64,000 bases of DNA from Pelagomonas calceolata. Lineage: Eukaryota. How positions within the stretch are numbered: the first letter of the stretch is position 1; each line of letters starts with the position of its first letter. This document shows positions 9,450-21,540 of this stretch, piece by piece. Location: contig CAKKNE010000003.1 in the NCBI GenBank assembly GCA_918797485.1, positions 3,038,001 to 3,102,000 of the forward strand. The letters run 5' to 3'. Under the pieces are notes generated by a model, which was not told the DNA's origin, did no database searches, and worked only from the letters and a program-made list of their open reading frames with translations. Made by a program: the position numbers and the translations under genes.

Positions 9450-11460
9450 ATGCTGGTTGTCCTAAGAACCGCAAGGCCGCTCGTGCCGCGCGGGACGCAG
9501 CGCCGCCTCCTCAGCGTGAGCGTCGGCGCCGTCGCGGGCGGCTGCGCCATGACGAGGGCGAGCCGCGCGCGCCTGCTCGAGGCCGCGCCGCCGCCGCCGC
9601 CGGCGACCGCGATTCTCGCGCAGCGGCGCCGCGCGGGCGCCGACCTCGACGACGACGCCAACGTCCTGCAGCACCTCGCGCGGGCGTGCTTCCGGCTCGC
9701 GCGCATCGTCGAGACGTCGATCCGGCTCGGCGCGCTCGCGACGCCGCTCGTGCTCGCGGTTCGCGGGACTGTGTGGAAATCAAGCTTCACGATGTTGTCT
9801 CCGTAGCTGCGTCTGCTCGATGGCGTGGAGTTTCTACGCCATCGCGGCGACGTTGTTCTCGTCACAACCTCGATGGCGTTGAAGTCCGCAAAGTCCGCGA
9901 AGTTTCGACGTCTCGCGGCGATGGCGTCACCCGCCGACGCGAGAGAAATGAACAAAACACCGCGCGCAGGCCCCCCTCCGCCGCTTCGACGAGGACCGCT
10001 GGTGGCGCTACTGCCTCTGGGCGACGCGCGCGGCGGGGCCGACGGCCGTCAAGCTCGCGCAGTGGGCCTCGTCGCGCGAGGACCGCTTCCCGCGCGCGTT
10101 CTGCGACCGCTTCGCCCATTTGCAAGACCGGGCGCCGGCGCACGCGTGGCGCGACACGGAGCGCGCCCTCGAGGCGTCGCTCGGCCCCGACTGGCGCGAC
10201 GTGCTCGACGTCGACGCGGCGCCCGTCGGCACGGGCTGCGTCGCCCAGGTGCACTCGGCGGTCCGAGGCGGCGTCTTGTTTTTTGGGGTCGTGCAAGCGG
10301 TAGAGACGACGACGCACGCGACAGAGAGCCGACAACAACACCGGCGCAGGTCCTCAAGAAAGACGTAACAAACGGCGGCCGCCGGGGCGACCGCGTCGCC
10401 GTCAAGGTCGTGCACCCGGCGGCGCGGCGGCGCGTCGCCTCGGACCTCGACTTCCTGCGGGCCTGCGCGCGCGCGGGCGAGGCGCTCATCCCGCGCGCCA
10501 AGTGGTTCAACCTCGCGGCGGCGGCGGACGAGTTCGCGGCGACGCTCGGCGCGCAGATGGACATGCGCGCGGCGCGCGGCCGGCGTCCGGAGACGCGTTT
10601 GCTGGTTGTTGCGGGGGGAGCCACGCGTCGACGGCGTCGCGGGGGGAGCCACGCGTCGAAGACTTCGAGAGAAACCACAAAGCACCGCGACACGCGATCA
10701 ACCAACGCAGGAGGCCGACAACCTCGAGCGCTTGCGAGAAAACTTCCGGAACCAGAGCAGCGTGAGCTTCCCGGCGCCGCGGCGAGCATTGGTGAGCGAG
10801 GACGTATTGGTAGAGGACTTTGTGGAGGGGCCGTCGATGCGCGAGTACCTCAAGCGCGACGTCGACGACGCGCGGCGCAAGGCTTTGGCTCGGGTGGGCG
10901 TCGACGCGGTCTGCAAGATGATCTTCCACGACAATTTATTGCACGGCGACCTGCACCCGGGCAACATCCTCGTGACGCGCGACGCGACGCGCGACCCGGC
11001 GGTCTGTTTTTTGGACGCGGGCATCTGCGTCGAGCTCGGCGCGAAGGAGCACGTCCACCTCGTGCGCGTGCTCTCCGCGCTCATGCGCCACGACGGCGAC
11101 GCCGCGGGGCGGCTCCTCTGCAAGGGCATGGACGGCGCGCGCGCGTTGAACAACGGCTTCGGCACGGACGAGGCCTGGCAGCGGGCCCAGGATTCTTTTT
11201 GTGAGTGCATGCGGGACATCACGTCCCGGAGCGTCGAGGAGGAGTTCTTCAACAAGTACTCGGAGTACGCGTCGCGCATCTTCGCCGAGGCCGAGAAGTG
11301 CCGCGTGGCCCTCGAGGGCTTCTTCGTGTCGACGGCCGTGGCCATCCGGGTCATGGAGGGCGTCGCCAACGCCCTGGACCCCGACGTGCCGATCGGGCAG
11401 CTCGCGCTGAAGTGGATCGCGTCCTCGCCGTACGTCGCGGCGGGGCTGACGCGGTCCTGA
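9450..11460 (+). CDS. ABC1/UbiB (ADCK2-like) atypical kinase, probably mitochondrial. Introns 9759-9969, 10261-10349 and 10572-10710 (GC donor).
   Basis: GPTAVKLAQWASSR, HLQDRAPAH, VGTGCVAQVH, VAVKVVHP, MDMRA|EADNL, DNLLHGDLHPGNIL and FLDAGI. Confidence 0.9.
9769..9969. mobile_element. Degenerate introner (one TIR retained) inside the 211-nt intron 9759-9969
   Basis: CTGTGTGGAAATCAA at 9769. The internal GATGTTGTCTCCGTAGCTGCGTCTGCTCGATGGCGTGGAGTTT is the reverse complement of a segment of IE-3 (about 20437-20479). The right TIR and TSD are lost. Confidence 0.8.
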
Positions 11461-11756
11461 GGTGGTCCCCTCCTGTAATGCTACTTTTATCTACTACTTA
11501 CCTGCGCCCGTGGCGCTGCGGCCGCGTCTGCTCGACGGCGTGGTGCCGGGTGAACAGTCGTCCAGTGAAGAAGGCGTGTTCCGCCATCTCGTGAACTCGC
11601 TCGCTTCCACGCTTTCGGCGTGCCGACTCCCGACTTAACTACCGTCGTCGCCTCCGAGCTAACACTCCGGGGCGACGGTGTATGAGGGCCGGGGCGGGAC
11701 CGGCTCAACGGTCGAAGCAAAGCAAGCAAAAAACAGGCAACTGAAAGCCAGGTAAA

Positions 11757-14700
11757 TTACGCCCAAGCGTCCCGCAAGAACTCCGGAGGAGGAGAAGACT
11801 CGGAACAAGCGTCGACCTGCGTCTCGTACACGTGCGCGAGCAGGCACCGCACCTCGCGGCCGACCGCGCGCGCGGCCCGGCCGAGGGCCTCGTCCGACGC
11901 CGGCGCGCGCGCCACGGCCCGGAACGCGTCCACGAAGTCCGAGGCCTCGTAGCCGAAGCTCAGGCCGCTCCAGGGCGCCGCGTCGTCCTCGGGGTCGCGC
12001 GCCCCGCCCTGCAGCAAGTCGACGGCGGCGTCGAGCTTCGCGAGCAGCCCCTTGAGGTTCTGGATCCGCTCGCGCGCCGGGTCGGGCTCGAGGTCGTCCT
12101 GCGACGTCTCCTTCTTTTTCAGGGCCTCGCGCCGCCGCACCTGCGCGTCGGACGGCGTCGAGAGAGGAATCACAAAACAGAGGGACGCCGCTGTGCACCG
12201 CGTCCGCCTTCTTCATGGCCTTGGTGATCTGCGTCACGTGGTCGCGCACGACGGCCTCGTACTGCGCCCAGTTCGCCGCGACCGCGCGCCGCGCGCGCGC
12301 GCCGTCCTCGGCGCTACGCGGCGCCGCGCCGCGCAGCGTTCTGATATGATAGCGCCGCAGCCCGAGCATCACGGCCTTCACCGGCGACGGCGCGGGCGTC
12401 CGCTCGACGTGGGCCACGGCCGCGTGATACGAAGCGACGTCGGCCGCCTCATCATAAACCAGGCCCCACAAACCCAACCTCCGGCGCAGCGCGACGAAGT
12501 GGTCCAGCGAGAGCAGCGCCTTCCGCGCGACCTCCTCCGCCTCCTCGACCATCTCCTGGTTATTGTAGGAGGCGACACCATTCAACATCGCGGCGATGGC
12601 CTTCGTCGAGCTCAGCTCGCGGCCGTCCAGGACAAGCTCGCGCCAGTGCTGGAGCAGCAGCCAGAGGACGGCGTCCGCGTCGACGCGGCCGTCTTCATCA
12701 ATCGCCAGGTCCCGCAGCCGGAACAGCAAATCGTCGAAGGCCTTGGCGGCCTCGATCCGGCCCTTCCGGGGCGGGTCCGTCGCCGGCGGCGCGTAGCACG
12801 GCGCCGCGTCCCGGTTGAACGCGGCGCGGGCCGCGCCCTCCACCGCGGCTTTTGGAACGAGCCACCGCTCCTCGTCGTCCGACGGGAACGCCAGCCCGTC
12901 GTCCCGCAACAAGTCCACGCAGTGGAAGAAGAAGCGTCGCGCCGCGGGGGCCGTCGCCGCCTCGAACAGGAGCCGCGAGGACCCCACGCGGTGGCCCATC
13001 TTCGAGATCGGGTCATTGTCAATACCGGAGAAGGCCGCGAACAACAGGCACCGCCGCGACGTCGGCGCGTGCCTTCTTACGTTGTAGTAGAGGTCGTGCG
13101 CCGCGCGGTCCGCGAGCGAGGGCGCGCCCCACGCGTCCAGACAGTAGCGGTACACGACGTCGCCGAAGGGCGCCTCTCCATCAGCGTCGCGGACCCAGTC
13201 GTAGATCTGCGCGACGCGCGCGCCGGTCCAGGCGGCGTCGCGCGTCACGGCCCGGCGGTGGACGCCGCCCCGGCCGCGGCCCGCGAGGCGCCGCATCGCA
13301 TTTAATACAGCCGGCGGCGGCCCGAGGCTCCGCTCCGCGCGGGCGCGCAGCGTCGCCTGGATCTTCCGCACGGCGACCGACTGGCGGAACCGCAGGAACT
13401 TCTCGGACAGGGCGAGGCGCGCCGCGATGTCCGCGGGAGACGCGCCGGTGCCGTCGCCCTCTCCCACAATGTCGTGCGCCCGGAGCGCCTCCTCCAGCCT
13501 TCCGAGTTCCGCGTCCGCGCGGAGCCCCGCGTACCGGTCGGGGCCCGCGAGGAACTCGGATGACGACGCGACCTCTAATTTGAGCGACCGCAGCGCGAGG
13601 GCCCTCCTCAAAACCTCGCGGTACGCGCAGAGTGCCCGCACGCCCCGCGTCGGCGACGCCGACCCGAGCTCGCGCCGGAGGTGCTGGATGAGATCCGAGA
13701 AGCGCTTGGCCGCGGGCTGCGGCAGCGCGGCCCGGATACGATCCAAGAGAGGCTCGGAGAAGTGCAGGCGGCGCGTGACGACCGTCGTGAGGGAAGTCGA
13801 CAGCGAGTCGGCGAGCGCGTTCGCGAAGCCGCAGCCCTCGAAGCGCGGCAGGTTGAGGCAGCGCGTGAAGACGCGGTGGCGCGCCATGACCTTTTCAAAG
13901 GCCGCGTGGTCCACGCGGCCGTGGGCTTGGTCGAAGGCCGCGCGGTACATGGCCGCCGCCTCGACCTGCGAGCACTTGGGCCAGAGCGCCCGCGTGATGG
14001 ACGCGAACGTGTCGAAGGACAGCGTCAGGTTCCGCGGGAGCCGCGCGTAGGCCAAATCCTTGTCCCGCGCCAGCATGTCCTGCGTCTTCGCGACGGCCCG
14101 CTCCGAGTCCGCGGTTAATGACGCAAAGGATTTGTCGGCCACGGCGCCGAACATGACGCGCACGGCGGCGGCGCGCGTCGCCTGCTCCTCCTTGAAGACG
14201 TGCGCCAGGACCTGGATGAGGCTGAAGAGGTCGCAGCCCCTCTTGATGGAATCCTTGTCGACCTTGTACTTGAGGCAGTGCTCGGGGAGCTTCTTCGGGT
14301 CCGTCGGCGCCGGCCCGAAGAGCAGCCAGACCGGAGATGCCGGAGAGGGCAGCTTGGCCGCGTCGTCGAAACAGGCGAGTTTTTGGGTCGCGCACGGCTG
14401 GCTCAGGCCGCGCACTGCCGACCTGATGAGGGGCAGGCGGTTTTGCAAAGGCCCCGCGAGCACCGCGTCCAACACGGCGTAGGCCTGGGCCACGTAGACA
14501 AACACCGCGCCGCCCATGGTGCTCAACGAATCCAGGGCCTTCACCAAGTCCGCGCGGTCGTACCTCTTCAGGTCCGTCCCCGGGACGCCCTTCTTCTTGA
14601 GGGTGGGGTCCGCCTCCGCCGCCAATAAACACGTCTGGTGGTAGCTCAGGCCCCGGGCCGCGATGCCCAATTGATTACCTAACGTATTGCCGCAGCACGC

Positions 14701-16638
14701 GACGAGCGCTTGGAAGGAGTGGAGAAAAAAGCACCCGTAGTCGTCGCCGTGCGTCTCGTCCAGCAGCAACCAGAACATCTTGGCTTCGATGCTATCTAGC
14801 GCCGCGAGCTCCTTGATCTTAAAATAGAACGCCCACCGGTCGACATCGTCGGGATCCATCTCTTCACTCACTTCCACTTTTTGGGCCATGCCCAGCTCGC
14901 GCGCCACCATGCTGTTGCGCTCCTTGTCCGTGAGCTCGACGACCGCTTGCGACGAGAACCACGCGTGGACGAACTCCGGGAACCGCGTCACTAGAGATTC
15001 GTCTCGATGGAGGCGGTCGTGGTTCAGCTTGGCTATGAGTATCGTGCGCATGCAGACCTGGCCCCAGGCGTGGGACCGCGCCGGCAGTTCCAGGGACGCC
15101 GGGAGTTGCGGCAGTAACGCCCGGTACCCGAGGCACCGGACCCGCTTCTTGTGGTCGTGGGCCTTGCCGCGCTTTTCCTCCTCCAAAGCGTCCATGGACC
15201 GCTGGCATCGGACACATAATGCCTGGGACGGCTCGATCTGGAGGGACGCCTCCTGCGCCGCGTCCTCGACGCAGTCCGGAGGCTTGAAATCCAGCACCTG
15301 GCCTTCCTCTCTAGAACCACCTTTCAGGGTCTTGGCCTCCTCGCGCTTCTGGCGGTCCGTCGTCACGTAGTGCTCGAGCTCGGCGCGCGCCATCATGAGC
15401 TCGTTGACGCGGTCCGCGCGCGCGTCGAGTTCTCGGGTGTGTGCGGCCGTGGCTGTCCTTTGTGCCTTGAGTTCCCGTCGCGCCCGCGCGACCTCGGCGC
15501 GGTCCATCTGGGCGCCGTCCCTCAACAATCGCAACTCCTGGAGCTCCTTCATCGACTCCGCGAGTTCCCGCCGCATCCGTTGGACGTCGTCGCGCGCGTC
15601 CATCTTGGCCAGGTCCGTCTTGTCCTTGCCCATGTCCAGAAACAGCTCCTTCATCGCTTCCAAAGCGTCTCTAGATCTCTTCACTTTGGCCTCGGCCTGC
15701 CGCTCGAATAACGTGCGGTCCGCGTCGCGATTCCTTTCGAGGTCCGCGATCCTCTCTTTTAACGCGGCTATTTCGACATTCTTCTCCTCTACTAAAGCGT
15801 CGTGCTTCCGGGAAGCTTCAACCAAAGCGTCGCCCTTCTTTTCCATCAAGGCGCACGCCCGGTCGTGGCGCCACAACGCGTCGGAGTGCAACCTCAGAGC
15901 CTTGTCGAGCATCGCCGCCCGTTTGAGCCGCAATTTATGCAACAGGGCGCCGTGCTCGCGCGTCTGCTCCTGTAGCAGATCGGCGAGCTTCTGCGAGAGC
16001 ACGTCGGTCCACTTGGCCTCGCACCAGAGCCTCGAGATGTCCTTCTGCTCCTTTGTCCAATTGAGCTTGCCCTCTTGGTCCAAACTTGCTTCGAGTGACG
16101 TCCGCTTGGAAAACGCCTGTGCAACGTCATGCTTCGCCGCGATCATCTCGCCGAGGATGTTTGCTGCTAGTTTTTGGCCGTCGGGCTCGTCTGGCGCGGC
16201 CGCTTCATTTATGGAAGCCTTCTCGACGGCGTCCATGGCGACCTCAAAGGCTCGTAGCAGCGACCCGGCCTGCTCGCGCACCCCGGGGTCCTTGGCGCCT
16301 CCCCCCACCGTCCGCCACGTGTTCGACGCGGGGTCCCGGGTCATGGCGTGTGTGAGTGATCGCGTGTCGAAGGGCGCCGGCTTCTCCTCCTCCTGTTGTA
16401 CTTCTTCGGCGCTGCGGAAGACCAGGCGCGCGTCGCTCGTGGGCTTGCGGCGCTGCGGGTCGAGCAACGCACTTCCTCTTTTCGCCAGCAGCCCGCGCAT
16501 GTGCAGCCGCGGCTCGCGGAGCTTCGACGCGGCCTTGGGCGCGTCTCCCTTATTGGTCTTCTCGTCGGGCGACGCCGGCTGGGTGGCGGACAGGTCGAAG
16601 CCGCCGGTCCGCCAGTCGCCGCGCGCCGGCGGCGCCAT
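11757..16638 (-). CDS. Large coiled-coil protein with IQ and EF-hand-like segments, possibly ciliary (TSNAXIP1/AXDND1-like). Intron 12141-12198.
   Basis: Long ORF with heptad-rich N-terminal half, IQ-like VRKIQATLRAR and a YRYCLDAWGAPSLA..HDLYYNV..CLLF segment. GTGCAC...GCAG intron restores the frame to stop 11757. Family call is tentative. Confidence 0.7.
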
Positions 16639-17048
16639 GGCGTTGCTGGGGCTGCCCCGGGCTACGTTTTGATGTGTTTGTGCACCACGCGTGCAGCCCG
16701 GAGTCGTGGGGTCGCCCTGCGAGCGCCGCGCTTAGCTGCCGCGCAACGCGGGCCTGAGAGCGCCTACTTGAGCGCCTCTCACTGGTCCTCTTGATGGAAA
16801 GCGCGTCGAGCCTTCGGAAGAAGATGCGCTGCGAGGCGAAGAGGTGTGCTTGTGATGTTCTGAAAAACCCGTGCTGAGGAGCTACAGATGCGCATATGCG
16901 CGCAGCGAGACGACGCAGCATACTACTGCGCACGCCGAGCCGCATCGGTGCTTGCACGTTGCCAGTGATAGCGCACAGCAACACTGCAGCAGCGCTCGAC
17001 GCCGTCGACGCGCAAGCGAGCAGTAGCAATACAATAACTGCAGCAACC

Positions 17049-18032
17049 ATGGGCCGCACGCGACCGACAATAGGCAACAAGCAGCAGCGCGCCAAGATCT
17101 GGGCGCGCGAGAAGACGCAGAAGCGCGAGGAGAAGGACAAGCGGAAGGAACAAAGACGGAAGAAGCGGAGCCGCCAGCACGATTTATTAAGGGACGGCGG
17201 CGAGCTGGGCGAGGGCCTCGAGCCCGCGCTGCAGCCGCGCACGCTGGAGAACACGCGCGAGGAGGAGCCGACGCGCGTGTTGGAGGGGGACGCCGAAATC
17301 TTGCGGGACGAGGCCGACGACGAGTTCGCGGCGCACGAGTACCGCGAGGGGTTTAGTGGCGAGCCGCACCCGGACTTCGTGCCGCCGAAAGTCCTCGTCA
17401 CCACCAGACCGCGGCCGTCGAAGGAATTGTTTCGGTTCGTGGCCGATTTAATAAGCGTCGTGCCGAACGCGTTCTTCTACCCGCGGCGGCACTTCAGCGT
17501 GCAGGACATTTGTAGGAAGGGGTCGGAGCAGAACTTTTCTCACGTCATCGTCTTGTCGGAGCGCGCGAAGAAGTGCAACGGTCTCATACTCTCGAAGCTG
17601 CCCCACGGCCCGACGGCCTTCTTCAAGGTGAGCAACGTGCAGGTCTCGGACAGCGTCCCGGGCGCGGGGCGGCGGACGGAGCACCAGCCCGAGATCCTGC
17701 TGAACAACTTCACGACGCGGTTGGGGCGGCGCGTCGGCCGCATGCTGTCGTCCCTGTTCTACAGCAAGCCGGCGTTCCAAGGCAGGCAGTGCGTGACCTT
17801 CCACAACCAGCGCGACTACATTTTCGTCAGGCACCACCGGTACATCTTCGAGGAGCGGCCCGTCGACAAAAGGAAAAGAAAAGTCATCGCGCGGCTCCAG
17901 GAGCTCGGGCCGCGCTTCACGTTACGATTAAGGTGGCTCCAGGACGGCACCTTCGACACGAAGTTCGGCGCCTACGAGTGGCTCCACCGGCGCAAGCAGA
18001 TGGACGTGTCGCGGCGCAAGTTCCACCTTTGA
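17049..18032 (+). CDS. RPF1: Ribosome production factor 1 (Brix domain)
   Basis: PRTLENTRE, PKVLVTT, LPHGPTAFFKVSN, PEILLNNFTTRLGRRVGRML, FHNQRDYIFVRHHRYIF, LQELGPRFTL and SRRKFHL. Confidence 0.96.
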   Translation: MGRTRPTIGNKQQRAKIWAREKTQKREEKDKRKEQRRKKRSRQHDLLRDGGELGEGLEPALQPRTLENTREEEPTRVLEGDAEILRDEADDEFAAHEYREGFSGEPHPDFVPPKVLVTTRPRPSKELFRFVADLISVVPNAFFYPRRHFSVQDICRKGSEQNFSHVIVLSERAKKCNGLILSKLPHGPTAFFKVSNVQVSDSVPGAGRRTEHQPEILLNNFTTRLGRRVGRMLSSLFYSKPAFQGRQCVTFHNQRDYIFVRHHRYIFEERPVDKRKRKVIARLQELGPRFTLRLRWLQDGTFDTKFGAYEWLHRRKQMDVSRRKFHL

Positions 18033-18219
18033 TTAACCTTGTGTCACGTTACTTGCTTTGCTTAGAGCTAGGCCGCCTAGCCACCAAGCCGCCCGGAAGT
18101 CCGCCCGGGCCGCGGTGCAGGCAGGCTGAGGCAGCAGGCCGGTGCTTAGAGCTAGGCTTGCTTGGCCCTCATACGCCGTCGCTCCGGTGCAAGTTCCGGT
18201 GCACACACACAAGTAGTAC

Positions 18220-19170
18220 TTAGTTCCGGAACCGCACGCGCCGCGGCCGCCGCGTCAGCGCGAGGAGAACCACGCCGCACGCGACGCCCAGCAAAAACGC
18301 GCCCGCGGGCACGCCGCCGTAGGAGTACGGCTCCCCGGCCCCGGGCAGCGGCCGCGACTCCCCCCGATCCACCCCCAGTACGCCGCTGTTGGCCTGGAGC
18401 GCGCCGCGGTGGCGCGCGAAGTGCGCGCGCAACGACGCGGCCGGTTCGTTCGCGTCGACCTCGAAGCCCCACGGCGCGTCGTAGGCCAGCGCGTCCCGGT
18501 CGAGCCCGAGCGTCGGCAGCAGCGCCAGCAGCTTCTCCGCGACGAAGCGCTGGCCCGCGCCCGACAGGTGGAGGCCGTCGCCGTCCTCCGTCCCGGCGCC
18601 GACGTACCGCGGCCAGTCCGCCTCCCGCAGCATGAGCTGGTGCACATCCAGCAGTGCGCAGCCGTGCCGGCCCGCGACGCGCGCCGCCACGTCGCCGTAG
18701 CGCCCGGCCACCTCCGTGGACCGCTCCTCGACGCCCGTCGCCCTCGCGCCGTACTTCCGCTTCTGGTAGGCCAGCCGCGAGGGCCCGTGCACCGGCGGCG
18801 GCGTCATGACCACGACGACGCGCGCGACCTGGCGCGCTTGTTGTACTATCGTTTCAAGGTTCGCCTCGAACTCGAGCAGCGGCACGTGCGCGCGCTCCGT
18901 GCTTATGCAGGCGTCGTTCGCGCCGAACCACACCGTCGCGAGCAGGTGGGCCTGGCCCTGGGGCGGCCGCGCGAAGAGCGCGGGGGCCAGCTCTCGCGCC
19001 CAGCGCGTGTTGTAGCCGCCGTAGCCCCTATTATACACGTCCGCGCGCCGCCCGTAGTAGTGCGCCAGCGCCGCGGCCCAGCCCTCGGGCTCGAAGCCGC
19101 GCTGCGTGAGTGAGTCGCCGAAGAGGACGATCGTAGACCGCGCGAGGACGCCGGGGAGGGCTGTGGGCAT
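18220..19170 (-). CDS. GDSL/SGNH hydrolase (IAH1-like) with a C-terminal TM helix
   Basis: LFGDSLTQ, NRGYGGYNTRW, WFGANDA and DGLHLS blocks. Confidence 0.92.
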   Translation of the reverse strand: MPTALPGVLARSTIVLFGDSLTQRGFEPEGWAAALAHYYGRRADVYNRGYGGYNTRWARELAPALFARPPQGQAHLLATVWFGANDACISTERAHVPLLEFEANLETIVQQARQVARVVVVMTPPPVHGPSRLAYQKRKYGARATGVEERSTEVAGRYGDVAARVAGRHGCALLDVHQLMLREADWPRYVGAGTEDGDGLHLSGAGQRFVAEKLLALLPTLGLDRDALAYDAPWGFEVDANEPAASLRAHFARHRGALQANSGVLGVDRGESRPLPGAGEPYSYGGVPAGAFLLGVACGVVLLALTRRPRRVRFRN

Positions 19171-19304
19171 GGTTGCTTTGCTCTCTTGCAGCTGCGTCGA
19201 TGGCGTGCAGGAATTTTCCCTGGGCCGCGTCGACGGCGGCGTAGAGGTGTCGAAACAAGCGCGAAACCGACCGATACGATCTCTCTCGTGTTTTTGCAGG
19301 CCGA

Positions 19305-19328
19305 GCTAGCGGTCAGGAAGACACTAGC
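19305..19328 (-). promoter_or_regulatory. Bipartite upstream motif, copy 4
   Basis: Reverse complement reads GCTAGTGTCTTCC-tgac-CGCTAGC, between divergent ATGs 19170 and 19467. Confidence 0.68.
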
Positions 19329-19466
19329 ATTCTCAGTGCAAGCGGCACTCTTGCAAAAGCGCGCTCAGGCTTGCATCATAATAACTGTGGAAAATAGCAT
19401 AACACTTCCCATCGCCGGCGATACGCGTCGCAACCTCTGAGTGACCTCTATGTGACAACTGAGGAC

Positions 19467-21301
19467 ATGCCTGCCCGCTGCACCGCAGCAGCACTGCTGG
19501 CGCTCAGTGCCAGCCTGCAGCCGCCCGTCCCACGCCGCACGCATCTAAAAAGGCACGCATCGACTGACGACGCGGCGCTGCTGGACGCATATAGAGCGGA
19601 GATCGCCCCGGACGCGGCCGACGACTGGTGGCGGGAGTTCGTCGCCGCGACGGAGCGGCCGCCGCGGCCGGCGGTGCGCTGCGTCGACGCCGCGGCCGCC
19701 GCGGCGCTGCGCGCCTCCACGGAGTGCGAGGAGATCCCCTGGGCGCCCGGCCGCGGCTACTGGTTAAATGAAGAACCGAGCAAGCGCGTGGCGCACGTCG
19801 CGGGCGACTATTATGTGCAGGAGGCCGCCGCGATGGTCGCCGTCGCGGCGCTGCTGCGGGGCGAAGACTTGCGGAGGCGCGTCGTCGCCGTCGACGCCTG
19901 CGCGGCGCCCGGCGGCAAAACCGTTCAACTGGCGACGGCGCTGCGCGACGCGGGCGCGGACGCGGTCGTCGTGGCGAACGAGCCGTCGTCGAGCCGGTTG
20001 GGGGCCCTCGTCGCGAATGCGGTCCGGTGTGGCGTGGGCCCCTGTGTGGAATCAACCAGTGTGTCGGGTGGAGGTCGACGCGGCGATTCAGGACGAACGC
20101 GCCGTAAATTTGATTTCTACACAGGTGGGCCCGTGGCTGCGGTGCACGCGGACGACCGGCCAGAAACTCTTCGCGGCGCTGCCTCGGGAATGCGCCGATT
20201 TCATACTGCTCGACGCGCCGTGCTCGGGCGACACGCTCGCGCGGCGGGAAGGGCGGGGCCTCGCGAAGCACCTGCGGGGCCAACCCGACGCCGCCTCGAT
20301 GAAGGAGATCGTCGCGACCTGTGTGGAAATCAACCAGTGAGTTAGGTTATCCTGAGAAATGTTGCGTGGACCTTCGTGAGCCTCCACGCCATCGAGCCGA
20401 CGCGATCACGGCGACAACGTCGCGTCGATGGCCTGGAAACTCCACGCCATCGAGCAGACGCAGCTACGGAGACAACATCGCGTCGAAGGCGTGGGGCGCC
20501 CGAAATTTGATTTCCACACAGGTCGCGACGCAGCTTGAAATAGTGCGGGCCGCCTGGCCCTGCTTGCGGCCGGGCGGCGCGCTCGTCTACGCGACCTGCT
20601 CGCTGCGGCCGCGCGAGGACGAAGACATCGTAGATCAGGTCCTGAAAGAATTCGGCGACGCCGAGCTCGAGGACCTCTCGGGCCTCGCCGCGGGCGGCGA
20701 CGCGACGCTGCGCCTCTGGCCGCAGACGCACGACAGCGCCGGCTTTTTCGCGGCGAAGCTGCGCAAGGCCGGCGACGGCGGCGGCGCGGCCGTCGCGACC
20801 GACGCGGACGAGGACGTCGCCGACGCGGCGCGGGACTACCTGCGGGACGCCTGGGGCGTGACGTCCCTCGTGGGACCGGCGTCATCACGACTCGTGGGCC
20901 GCGGCGCGAACCTCTGGCTCGCGCCGGCCGCGCCGCCCCTCGCAAAAAACCTCCGGTACGAGCGCGCGGGCGCGAAGCTCGTCGAGGCCCTCAAGGTCCG
21001 CGGCAAGGCCGTGCCCCTCGGGCAGGCGCTCCGGTCGGGCCGTGTGCGCGCGACGCACGAGTTCGCGACGACGCTCGGCGGCGCCGTCGACGGCGCGCGG
21101 CGGGCGTCGCTCGACGACGCGTCGGCGCTGGCGTACCTGCGGGGCGACGACGTCGACGCGGCCCCGCCGTCCGGGGAGCCCGGGGACCAGTGCCTCGTGG
21201 CGCACGGCGGGCGCGTTCTCGGGCTCGCCAAGGTGTTGAAGGGCGGCCGCCTGAAGAACCAGCTCCCGCGCGAGTGCGTCCGGCGGGACCTCGCGTTTTA
21301 G
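19467..21301 (+). CDS. RsmF/NOL1-NOP2-Sun rRNA m5C methyltransferase, probably plastid-targeted. Exons 19467-20033, 20125-20310 and 20522-21301.
   Basis: YYVQEAAAM, DACAAPGGKT, ILLDAPCSG, LVYATCSL, LWPQTHDSAGFF and an RsmF-type C-terminus LKNQLPR. Both introns are introners. Confidence 0.9.
20042..20124. mobile_element. Introner IE-2 (83-bp internally deleted derivative of IE-1); intron 20034-20124
   Basis: TIRs CTGTGTGGAATC...GATTTCTACACAG. Perfect 8-bp TSD GTGGGCCC at 20034-20041 and 20125-20132. Confidence 0.95.
20319..20521. mobile_element. Introner IE-3 (203 bp); intron 20311-20521
   Basis: TIRs CTGTGTGGAAATCAA...TTGATTTCCACACAG. Perfect 8-bp TSD GTCGCGAC at 20311-20318 and 20522-20529. 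Confidence 0.96.
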
Positions 21302-21342
21302 CGTTTGTTTTGTAAGTTGTTGCTGATCTATCTTACTTACCT

Positions 21343-21540
21343 TTACGCACTCCCCGACGGCGTCTCGCGGGCGCGGAGCGCGGCTCGCGCTGCTCGCAAA
21401 TTAGCTTCAATATTCATTGTGATCGGGTGCGCGCCGCCGAGCGCGCGCCGCGTGGTTCGCGACGATTTCTCGAGCGTCGTCACGGCCTCGTGTAGGGAGC
21501 TCGCTTCTTCGCGGGCGCGGAGCGCGGCTCGCGCGTATCG
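21343..21540 (-). pseudogene. Orphan 3'-terminal fragment of the MYND/RING-CH/TPR gene family
   Basis: Reads ARAALRAREEASSLHEAVTTLEKSSRTTRRALGGAHPITMNIEANLRAARAALRARETPSGSA*, closely matching the C-terminus of the gene at 63018-64000. No 5' part is present. Confidence 0.85.
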
